A DNA stretch of 64,000 nucleotides from Ferruginibacter sp. (GTDB lineage: Bacteria; Bacteroidota; Bacteroidia; Chitinophagales; Chitinophagaceae): NCBI GenBank assembly GCA_965247855.1, contig CBDFHZ010000003.1:116914-180913 (forward strand). The letters are read 5' to 3'. A model generated the notes under the pieces. It was not told the origin of the DNA and did not search any database. It was given only the letters and a program-made list of their open reading frames with translations. The translations under genes were made by a program, and so were the position numbers. The stretch's first letter is position 1. The number at the start of each line of letters is the position of its first letter. This document shows positions 56,856 to 64,000 of this stretch, piece by piece.

Positions 56856-58103
56856 ATGCACGACGCAATACTGTTTATAAATATTGGGCGACTCGTAAAT
56901 GTGCGAACACAAAATGAATTACTCCGGGGGGCTGCATTGGCGAACCTGCCTGTGATAGAAGATGCATTTCTTCTGGTGGAAGAAGGACTGATAGCTGATT
57001 TCGGTAAAATGTATGAATTGGAACTCAAAGTACCGCAGCTGCCGAAAGAAGTGATCGATGTGAGCGGACAAACCATTTTACCCTGCTGGTGCGACAGTCA
57101 TACTCATATTGTTTTTGCCGGAAGCAGAGAAAATGAATTTGTGGATAAGATAAACGGTTTGAGTTATGCGGATATCGCGGCGAACGGCGGCGGCATTCTC
57201 AATTCTGCAAAGAAACTGAACGATACACCGGAAGATGATCTGTACGAATCGGCGATGAAACGCTTGAAAGAATTGGCAGCGCTGGGTACAGGTTCAGTAG
57301 AAATTAAAAGCGGTTATGGTTTATCAACAGAAGCGGAGCTAAAGATGCTTCGTGTGATAAAGCGACTGAAGGAAAATTCGGATATGCTCATTAAAGCAAC
57401 ATTTTTAGGAGCGCACACTTTTCCTTTGGAATATAAAGCAGATCATGCGGGCTACATCAACAAAATAAAGAATGAAATGCTGCCGGCGATACAAGCTGAA
57501 AAACTCGCCGATTATATTGACGCATTTTGCGAAACAGGCTTTTTTTCTCCCGAAGAAACGGCTGCCATCTGCAAGGCCGGTGCCGCAGCAGGGCTAAAAC
57601 CCAAACTTCATGTGAATCAATTAAACAGTATCGGTGGTATTGAGGCCGGTATTGCAAATGATGCTGTTTCGTTAGATCACCTGGAAACACTTACAGAAAA
57701 TGAGATCGCATTATTAGGAAAATATAAAGGTTGCAGCACACTGCTTCCCACAGCCGCATTCTTTTTGCGCATGGCTTTCCAACCCGCAAGAGCGTTGATC
57801 AATGCGGGTGCGGCGGTTACACTGGCTTCTGATTTTAACCCGGGATCATCGCCTTCGGGTAATATGAATTTTGTAACGGCATTAAGTTGTATCCAAATGA
57901 AAATGTTGCCCGAAGAAGTGATCAATGCGGCAACGATTAACGGTGCTTATGCGATGGAATGCGAGCAGGAAGCGGGTTCTATTATGATCGGAAAAAGAGC
58001 CGATCTTATTCTCACAAAAGAGATACCTTCGGTGGCATATTTGTTTTACAGCTTTAGTACAAATTATATTGACAGGGTGATGATAAAAGGTCGGTGGCAA
58101 TGA
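56856..58103 (+). CDS. hutI: Imidazolonepropionase
   Basis: Start set at the ATG at 56856 (MHDAILFINIG), 4 nt after the ligase stop. HutI motifs CDSHTHIVFAGSRENEF, KLHVNQL, SLDHLE, ASDFNPGSSP. Confidence 0.92.
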   Translation: MHDAILFINIGRLVNVRTQNELLRGAALANLPVIEDAFLLVEEGLIADFGKMYELELKVPQLPKEVIDVSGQTILPCWCDSHTHIVFAGSRENEFVDKINGLSYADIAANGGGILNSAKKLNDTPEDDLYESAMKRLKELAALGTGSVEIKSGYGLSTEAELKMLRVIKRLKENSDMLIKATFLGAHTFPLEYKADHAGYINKIKNEMLPAIQAEKLADYIDAFCETGFFSPEETAAICKAGAAAGLKPKLHVNQLNSIGGIEAGIANDAVSLDHLETLTENEIALLGKYKGCSTLLPTAAFFLRMAFQPARALINAGAAVTLASDFNPGSSPSGNMNFVTALSCIQMKMLPEEVINAATINGAYAMECEQEAGSIMIGKRADLILTKEIPSVAYLFYSFSTNYIDRVMIKGRWQ

Positions 58104-58495
58104 CAACGAGATTAATTATCATATTATTACTTTTATCATCTTGCTTTTCGATGAAAGCTCAAGCAGCACGAAGTTGCAGTTTATTCAGAACAGGAAAATT
58201 TCTTTACCGAAATGAGCATAATGAGTTGATCACTGTGATCAGAAAAAAGACTAAGCAAAAACAGATCAGCAATAATCATTCGTCTACCGACACCCGGAGA
58301 ATTGTGTGGACAGACGATTGCAGTTTTAAAATCTATTTGCCGGGTTATTCAAAAAAAAGCACTGCTTTTTCAATCATTACAATAACCCCGCTTACAGACA
58401 GTACGTTTATTTCAACTTGTAATTGCGCTCATCATTATAGTGACAGTTTAATAATTTACAGCAAACAAAGGTTTATCCTTTATAATACCAAATAA
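58100..58495 (+). CDS. Small secreted hypothetical protein
   Basis: 131 aa from the ATG at 58100, which forms an ATGA overlap with the hutI stop. Signal peptide TRLIIILLLLSSCFSMKAQA. Its stop abuts the hutG ATG with a 0-nt gap. Confidence 0.55.
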   Translation: MTTRLIIILLLLSSCFSMKAQAARSCSLFRTGKFLYRNEHNELITVIRKKTKQKQISNNHSSTDTRRIVWTDDCSFKIYLPGYSKKSTAFSIITITPLTDSTFISTCNCAHHYSDSLIIYSKQRFILYNTK

Positions 58496-59548
58496 ATGAA
58501 ACACTTTAAATTTTACGGAAAAAAAGACATTCTCTCTTTAATAAAGCTCCGAAAGTTCGAAACAAAACTCGGTGAGCGCATTCAATATCTTAAAGAAGGA
58601 GACTGGCCGGAAGTGATGCATCAGAAGTCGGCGAAGTATGTATTGGTGGGCATCCCGGAAGATATCGGTGTAAAGGCAAATATAGGAACCGGCGGTGCAG
58701 ATACGAACTGGTATCCTTTTCTTCATTCCTTTTTAAATATCCAGAGCAACGATTTTTGCAGCGGCGAAGATATTCTGTTGCTCGGCCATTTTGATTTCGG
58801 CGACCTTAAATACCTGATCGAGAATAATGCCGGCGATGACGCGGAAAAAACGGACGCTTACCGGCACGCCGTAAATGCGATAGATGAAGAAGTAGAAAAA
58901 TTAATGAAAGAGATCGCGACGGCAGGGAAAATACCGATCGTTATAGGCGGCGGTCATAATAATGCATATCCTTTGTTGAAAGGTGTTTCCAAAGGTTTAA
59001 TGAAACACGGCTCCGTTCCTTTAGCACAGATCAATGCTATCAATCTGGATGCACATTCAGATTACAGAAGTATGGAAGGCAGACACAGCGGGAACGGTTT
59101 CCGTTATGCAGAATCAGACGGATACCTGGGTAAATACAGTATTGTTGGTCTCCATGAAAATTATGTTTCACAAAATGTGTTGGCTGATATCCAATCTAAT
59201 CCTTTCATTCAATACACTTCTTACGAAGATATTTACCTTCGGGAAAAGAAAAACTTTATGCAGGCCGTTGCACAGGCGACAGATTTCACAGAAGATAATT
59301 TTGCCGGGATAGAATTGGATATGGATTGTATTGAGCAAACACTCAGCAGCGCCTGTACACCTTCAGGCATCAGCGTACTTGACGCAAGAAAATTTCTCAC
59401 CTACACAGGCGGTCACACAAAAGCGGCATACCTGCATATCTGCGAAGGCGCATCACAGCTCGCCGACGGCAGAAAAGATGATTCTACCGGAAAGCTGATC
59501 AGCTATCTCGTAAGTGATTTTGTAAAAGGAATCAACGAAGCAACATAG
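58496..59548 (+). CDS. hutG: Formimidoylglutamase (arginase/ureohydrolase family)
   Basis: 350 aa. Metal-binding blocks GGGHNNAYP, NLDAHSDYR, IELDMDCI. Adjacent to hutI. Confidence 0.85.
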   Translation: MKHFKFYGKKDILSLIKLRKFETKLGERIQYLKEGDWPEVMHQKSAKYVLVGIPEDIGVKANIGTGGADTNWYPFLHSFLNIQSNDFCSGEDILLLGHFDFGDLKYLIENNAGDDAEKTDAYRHAVNAIDEEVEKLMKEIATAGKIPIVIGGGHNNAYPLLKGVSKGLMKHGSVPLAQINAINLDAHSDYRSMEGRHSGNGFRYAESDGYLGKYSIVGLHENYVSQNVLADIQSNPFIQYTSYEDIYLREKKNFMQAVAQATDFTEDNFAGIELDMDCIEQTLSSACTPSGISVLDARKFLTYTGGHTKAAYLHICEGASQLADGRKDDSTGKLISYLVSDFVKGINEAT

Positions 59549-59569
59549 TATTTAAAAAATTTGGCGCAT

Positions 59570-59604
59570 AAAAAAACTGCTGTCCCATCGGGCAGCAGTT
59601 TTTT
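59570..59604. terminator. Bidirectional rho-independent terminator
   Basis: aaaaaa-ctgctgtccc-atcg-ggcagcag-tttttt. An A run and a T run flank the stem, which lies between convergent genes. Confidence 0.88.
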
Positions 59605-59621
59605 ATTTACCGAAGAAAATA

Positions 59622-60041
59622 TTATTCTACCGGAGAAAGGTATTGTGCGTATGCATAACCTTCTTCGCCGTTTTTGGTTTTTATTTTCCACCAGCTATCG
59701 TCTGTTTTTTCTACAAGTGTTACGATCTCGTCGTGTGCAGCTTTACCTACGATCTCACCTTCCGTACTCGCTGTACTTCTGATGTTAAGGTTTGTGGAAT
59801 CAGTAGTTACTTTGAGTTGAGCACCTGCTTCGGCTTTGATGTCGATGTTCATCATCAGGTCACCGCTCGCCATGTTCGGGTCTATCTTTGCGTAAAGCGC
59901 CCAAAGTGCATCATAATCAGCCGTGCTTTTTGCAGTTCCGCTTACGTGAAGCGTGCCTTCCTGCTCAGCCACTGCTAAGTTTGAAACGCCGAGCGTATTT
60001 GCTGTTTGCAGTAATTCTGCATATTTTTCCTGTAATGCCAT
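59622..60041 (-). CDS. BON-like + SH3b domain protein
   Basis: 139 aa. The N-terminal half resembles the BON-like part of Kbp/YgaU-type proteins (GVSNLAVAEQEGTLHVSGTAKS). The C-terminal half is an SH3b-like module (LNIRSTASTEGEIVGKAAHDEIVTLVEKTDDSWWKIKT..GYAYAQYL). Confidence 0.75.
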   Translation of the reverse strand: MALQEKYAELLQTANTLGVSNLAVAEQEGTLHVSGTAKSTADYDALWALYAKIDPNMASGDLMMNIDIKAEAGAQLKVTTDSTNLNIRSTASTEGEIVGKAAHDEIVTLVEKTDDSWWKIKTKNGEEGYAYAQYLSPVE

Positions 60042-60064
60042 TGTCGTTAGATTTTTAGTTTTGG

Positions 60065-60556
60065 TTATTTTTTATCTGTAAGTTTGGTAACATCAGATTT
60101 TACTTTCGCAGAAGCAAGCATTTGCATGATCTTCATTCTGTTTGCCGAAGTTACTGCACCTTCAAGCACAGCCTTGTCTTCAGAAAAAGTTACCGTTACA
60201 CCCTGAATGTCTTTAAGGCCGTCTTTTACTTTTTGCTGAGTAGCTTCATCAAGTACGGTCGTCATTGATGCAGGCGCAGCAACAGGAGCTGCAACTACAG
60301 GCGCTGCTATCGTAATACTGTTTACAACACTTTTTACACCTTTCTCGTCGTGTGCAATTTTTTCTGCCGAAACTTTTGCCGCATCGTCTGCAACTTCGCC
60401 GGTAAGTGTTGCAACGCCGTCTTTGACCGCTACGTTAACTCCTGCAGCTTCTTTAGGCTGTAATGCAGATTGAATATCCGCGTCTTTCGGTGAACAACTG
60501 CTCAATGCGACTGAAAGGGCTAAAACCGCTGCCAGTGTGAGTTTTGAAAATTTCAT
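60065..60556 (-). CDS. BON domain lipoprotein (OsmY-like)
   Basis: 163 aa, lipobox ALSSC. Two BON-like units (VAVKDGVATLTGEVADDAAK.., VTFSEDKAVLEGAVTSANR..). Confidence 0.82.
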   Translation of the reverse strand: MKFSKLTLAAVLALSVALSSCSPKDADIQSALQPKEAAGVNVAVKDGVATLTGEVADDAAKVSAEKIAHDEKGVKSVVNSITIAAPVVAAPVAAPASMTTVLDEATQQKVKDGLKDIQGVTVTFSEDKAVLEGAVTSANRMKIMQMLASAKVKSDVTKLTDKK

Positions 60557-60645
60557 GTTGGTTAAATTTAAAATGATTAATTAGATACAAACATAGTTAA
60601 TACAAAAGCAACATTTAAGTAACCCCTAACAAGTTGTTAATAACA

Positions 60646-61434
60646 TCACAGCGATGCGGTTCTGCCACCGTCGACAGGCAAATTAATACCGTTGATATAC
60701 CCCGCAGAGGGACTGCAAAGAAAGGCTACAACTGCCCCAAAGTCTTCCGGACTGCCGATCCTCCCTGCGGGAATCTCTGCAACGAATTCGTTCATAACCT
60801 CCGCTTCGCTCTTGCCGGTATCCTTCATTTTCTTTTCAATGATGTATTCGCCGCGAGCCGTTTTTGTAAAACCGGGTAACACATTGTTTACCGTGATTCC
60901 GAATTGCCCCAGTTCATTGGCCAGTGTTTTACTCCAGTTTGCTACCGCCGCTCTGATCGTATTGCTCACGCCGAGATTTTTGAGCGGTTGTTTTACGGAT
61001 GTAGAAATAATGTTCACGATCCTTCCGAAGCCCGCAGCTTTCATTCCCGGTACCAATGCCTGCATCAAAATATGGTTACAGATCAGGTGCGCGGAAAACG
61101 CACTCATAAAATCTGCTGCTTTTGCATCCAGCGCTGTACCTCCTGCAGGACCGCCGGTATTGTTTATCAATATTTCTGCAGTCTTCCCCGAAGCAACAAA
61201 CTCAGTGATTGCTTTTCGAACATCGTCCGCGTCAGAAAAATCAGCAACGAGATATCCGTGTTGTTGCCCTTTCGTCGCAGACAGCGTCTTTGCAGCGTTC
61301 TGAAGCTTTTCTTCATTGCGGGAAACCAGTGTTACATTAGCGCCGAGCAATGCTAATTCAGCAGCGCTTGCATACCCGAGGCCTTGTGTGCTGCCGCAAA
61401 CAACAGCATTCTTTCCGGTGAGATCTAAATTCAT
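60646..61434 (-). CDS. SDR family oxidoreductase (BKR-like subgroup with non-canonical active site)
   Basis: 262 aa. GxxxGxG (CGSTQGLG) and NNTGG are present. The expected YxxxK position reads S-N-T-I-R. Confidence 0.88.
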   Translation of the reverse strand: MNLDLTGKNAVVCGSTQGLGYASAAELALLGANVTLVSRNEEKLQNAAKTLSATKGQQHGYLVADFSDADDVRKAITEFVASGKTAEILINNTGGPAGGTALDAKAADFMSAFSAHLICNHILMQALVPGMKAAGFGRIVNIISTSVKQPLKNLGVSNTIRAAVANWSKTLANELGQFGITVNNVLPGFTKTARGEYIIEKKMKDTGKSEAEVMNEFVAEIPAGRIGSPEDFGAVVAFLCSPSAGYINGINLPVDGGRTASL

Positions 61435-61462
61435 TTTATCTGTTTTACCTGAGCGCTAAAAA

Positions 61463-62005
61463 CTAAGCACTCATTGTTTTAAATCCTGTTTCAATCTTCA
61501 ATTCCTCCACAACATTATAAATTATGGGGCACATCGCATAGTGGATCAGCGTGCCGAACAATCTTCCCTTAAAATTTGATTTGTGGAGATGCGGAAATTC
61601 GCGGCACTCTTTAAAACGTTCCCCGTAGATCGTACATTTTTTATCTTCCAGAAAATGGCAGGGGATAGTGTTGATGATCAGTTTGCCCTGCAAACTTTCC
61701 TCTGCGTATCGCTCTTTAAATTCCTGTTGAGAAATATTAAGGTGATTTGCAACCGTAATGCTTTCTTCCGGTGTAACATTGATCATGAGTTGACTGCAAC
61801 AGCCGCCGCATTCCGTACAATCGATTTGAGGCGTAATGATCCCGTTCAAACGGTGAACGGTTTCATCGATCTCTCCGCCATCATGCCTTTGCAGGAATTC
61901 ACGAAAATTTTCATTCTCGCTTTCATTTTCCTCAGCAAAGGCTTTGATCTGATCACGATTTGTAAGAAGTGGTTGCAAATAATGCGTTTTTGCAAAGGTA
62001 ACCAT
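61463..62005 (-). CDS. YkgJ family cysteine-cluster protein
   Basis: ATG at 62005 (MVTFAKTHYL). CxxCxxCC motif CTECGGCCS plus downstream Cys residues. Confidence 0.8.
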   Translation of the reverse strand: MVTFAKTHYLQPLLTNRDQIKAFAEENESENENFREFLQRHDGGEIDETVHRLNGIITPQIDCTECGGCCSQLMINVTPEESITVANHLNISQQEFKERYAEESLQGKLIINTIPCHFLEDKKCTIYGERFKECREFPHLHKSNFKGRLFGTLIHYAMCPIIYNVVEELKIETGFKTMSA

Positions 62006-62075
62006 ACCTTTTATCCCTAAAAACAAAAAGGCGAAAGACTAATTGTCTTTCGCCCGGCGAAGAAACAGATCTGTT

Positions 62076-62711
62076 TTATTTCTTCGTCAAAATGCCTTTA
62101 TCTTTCATGTTCTGTACAATTCTTTTCCTGTTGTCGTGGGCAAGATCAGTTGCAGAACTTGGGTCATATGCTTTGGTTTGGACTGAATAAACCAAGTCAC
62201 CTGATGAGATATCGTACAAATTCGTTTCCAAAAAATAATCAGTATTCGTGGTATAATAACCGGGATCGTATACACGGTCATATACCGTGGAATAATATCT
62301 CCCAAACCTGTTATAATACACGCCGACAGGCTGATAACGTACAGTTCCGGGTTGATACACTTCGTTTTTTTTCTTGTCCAGTAATGCTGTAGTAATCACC
62401 GCATCAAATCCGCTTGATTTCAACTTATCAGCCACCTGATCTTCCGGTACCTTTTCAAATGCCTTAGGCCCGTATTGATCGATTGCTGTTACTGCATCAT
62501 AGCCGAGGTCCTTCAATCTCCCCGCCAATTCGCTCTCGGTTATCTGTTTCACTGATCTGTCTTTCTGCTGAAAAATTCCCAGCACCAGTATTTTCTTATA
62601 TTCTTTCTTCGGTGCATCGGGAGCAGTGTAGGAAGAGATTACCTGCGTACTGTTGCAAGAGAAAAGAAGCAGTGCGGCAAAAACGGGCAATATTATTTTT
62701 ATATATTTCAT
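62076..62711 (-). CDS. Hypothetical lipoprotein
   Basis: 211 aa, lipobox LLFSC. Possibly DUF4136-like, not asserted. Confidence 0.7.
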   Translation of the reverse strand: MKYIKIILPVFAALLLFSCNSTQVISSYTAPDAPKKEYKKILVLGIFQQKDRSVKQITESELAGRLKDLGYDAVTAIDQYGPKAFEKVPEDQVADKLKSSGFDAVITTALLDKKKNEVYQPGTVRYQPVGVYYNRFGRYYSTVYDRVYDPGYYTTNTDYFLETNLYDISSGDLVYSVQTKAYDPSSATDLAHDNRKRIVQNMKDKGILTKK

Positions 62712-62979
62712 CTTATTATTGTTTACATAAATTAATCAAAGGCTGTTCCAATAATGCCGGTGATCTGTTAATCATCAACGCCGAATTGCAGATAAAACCC
62801 TAATTGTATATTTGCTAACATGTTTAGGAAATTGTGGATAACACTAAGTTGCGAAAAACAGGTTAGTTCTTTTATATTCGCAGGAAATAAGGGGCGGAAT
62901 ATTATTAATTAAAATGTTAATACCTCGCTTATTTGAAGCAGCAACCAACACTAAAGACCAAATACCTTTTACTTACAGA

Positions 62980-64000
62980 ATGGCGGAAAAAGAAAAAATA
63001 CAATCAACATATAACGAGGAATCGATAAGGAGTCTTGACTGGAAAGAGCATATTCGTTTGCGTCCGGGAATGTATATCGGTAAACTCGGTGACGGGAGCA
63101 GTCCCGATGACGGTGTGTATGTATTGCTGAAAGAAGTTGTAGATAATTGTATAGATGAACATACTATGGGTTACGGCAAACATGTGGACGTAACCATTTC
63201 CGGTAAAACATTAACAGTGAGGGACTACGGCCGTGGTATTCCCTTGGGGAAGGTGGTGGACGTTGTGAGCAAGATCAATACCGGTGCGAAGTATGACAGC
63301 AAAGCGTTTCAAAAAAGTGTAGGCTTGAATGGTGTGGGTACAAAAGCGGTGAATGCTTTGAGCGATAGTTTTATTGTTACTTCATACCGTGAAGGAAAAG
63401 GAAAGACCGCAGAATTTGAAAGGGGGAATCTTGTAAAAGAGCATAAAGAAATTGCTACAAAAGAAGATAACGGAACATTCGTAGAATTTGTTCCGGATGA
63501 AAGCATTTTTAAGAACTTTCATTTCGTTCAGGAATACCTTGACAATCAGTTTTGGAATTATTGTTACCTCAATGCAGGATTGATAATGAACCTTAACGGT
63601 AAACGTTATGTGAGCAAAAATGGTCTGCTTGATCTGCTCGAGCGCAAGACGAATGCTGACGAGATCCGTTACCCGATCATCCACATTAAGGGTGAAGATA
63701 TTGAAGTAGCTCTTACGCATGAGAATGCCTATGGTGAAGATTATTACAGCTTCGTGAACGGACAATTCACCACCCAGGGAGGAACGCACCTTGCGGCTTT
63801 CAGAGAAGGATATGTAAAAACGATCCGTGAATTTTTTAAGAAAGATTATGATGCTGCCGATATCCGCGGAAGTATATGCGCAGCGATATCCGTTCGTGTG
63901 CAGGAACCGGTCTTTGAAAGTCAGACGAAAACGAAACTAGGGTCGCAATCTGTTTCCGAAGGTGGCCAAAGCATGAAAAACTTTGTAGGCGATTTTCTTA
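62980..64000 (+). CDS. parE: DNA topoisomerase IV subunit B (type IIA topoisomerase ATPase subunit; partial, continues past window end)
   Basis: Hand translation from the ATG at 62980 is open to the window end ([81 protein letters not shown]), giving the GHKL ATPase and transducer motifs. An in-frame ATG at 62914 is an alternative start. ParE versus GyrB is judged from the N-terminal pattern only. Confidence 0.85.
   Translation, partial: MAEKEKIQSTYNEESIRSLDWKEHIRLRPGMYIGKLGDGSSPDDGVYVLLKEVVDNCIDEHTMGYGKHVDVTISGKTLTVRDYGRGIPLGKVVDVVSKINTGAKYDSKAFQKSVGLNGVGTKAVNALSDSFIVTSYREGKGKTAEFERGNLVKEHKEIATKEDNGTFVEFVPDESIFKNFHFVQEYLDNQFWNYCYLNAGLIMNLNGKRYVSKNGLLDLLERKTNADEIRYPIIHIKGEDIEVALTHENAYGEDYYSFVNGQFTTQGGTHLAAFREGYVKTIREFFKKDYDAADIRGSICAAISVRVQEPVFESQTKTKLGSQSVSEGGQSMKNFVGDFL

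Noticed and set aside
60692-61303. 203-aa plus-strand ORF (plus 60904-61356, 150 aa).
   Set aside because: It lies entirely antisense to the well-supported SDR gene, has low-complexity composition and no start context or promoter. It is a typical shadow ORF.
62833-62841. Perfect DnaA-box 9-mer TGTGGATAA in the spacer upstream of parE.
   Set aside because: It is a single box. About 0.5 perfect boxes are expected by chance in 64 kb on two strands. There is no cluster of boxes, no AT-rich unwinding element and no dnaA/dnaN nearby, so this is not an origin.
1-64000. Scan for tRNA, rRNA, CRISPR arrays, transposases, integrases, prophage, toxin-antitoxin or defence modules.
   Set aside because: None was recognised by eye. 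No T-loop GTTCGAATC-type motifs occur in ORF-free spacers, there are no regularly spaced direct repeats, and there are no recombinase-like ORFs. A computational scan (tRNAscan-SE, Infernal, CRISPR finders, defence-system HMMs) is still needed to exclude small or divergent elements.

Overview
This is a dense chromosomal segment with about 62 protein-coding genes, and by eye roughly 90% of it is coding. Several signals point to a Bacteroidota genome, possibly Chitinophagia/Sphingobacteriia-like (inference only): TAnnTTTG -7 promoter boxes 15-25 nt upstream of start codons, TonB-dependent receptors, a DUF5684-LepB fusion, and many lipoproteins. Most of the content is housekeeping: two glycosyltransferases, rpsO-pnp, prmA, plsY, dnaG, smc, proC, an ABC-F ATPase, lepB, cdd, topA, fdx-iscX-kdsC-UbiA-maf, lipA, msrA, hutI/hutG and a partial parE. 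The rest is peptidases (M48, M1), envelope and stress proteins (OsmC, BON, PRC-barrel, glycine-zipper lipoproteins) and conserved hypotheticals. I saw no rRNA, tRNA, CRISPR array, transposase, integrase, phage or recognisable defence or toxin genes. The one clear RNA element is a cobalamin riboswitch (minus strand, about 47185 to 47036). It sits upstream of a BtuB-like receptor and a beta-propeller lipoprotein. Six things deserve a second look. (1) The B12 riboswitch / receptor / propeller unit. (2) A family of intergenic inverted-repeat elements that share a 20-mer, one of which splits fdx from iscX. (3) A translationally coupled four-gene operon that links DUF952 to a CsaA tRNA-binding protein. 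(4) A sigma-54 activator with no DNA-binding domain and a GSFTSA loop. (5) A secreted bacterial GH47 mannosidase coupled to an atypical MurC-like ligase and hutI/hutG. (6) Several short repeat or complementarity motifs in spacers. I did not find convincing evidence of a complete, wholly novel multi-gene system. All functional readings in the findings are hypotheses made without database searches.
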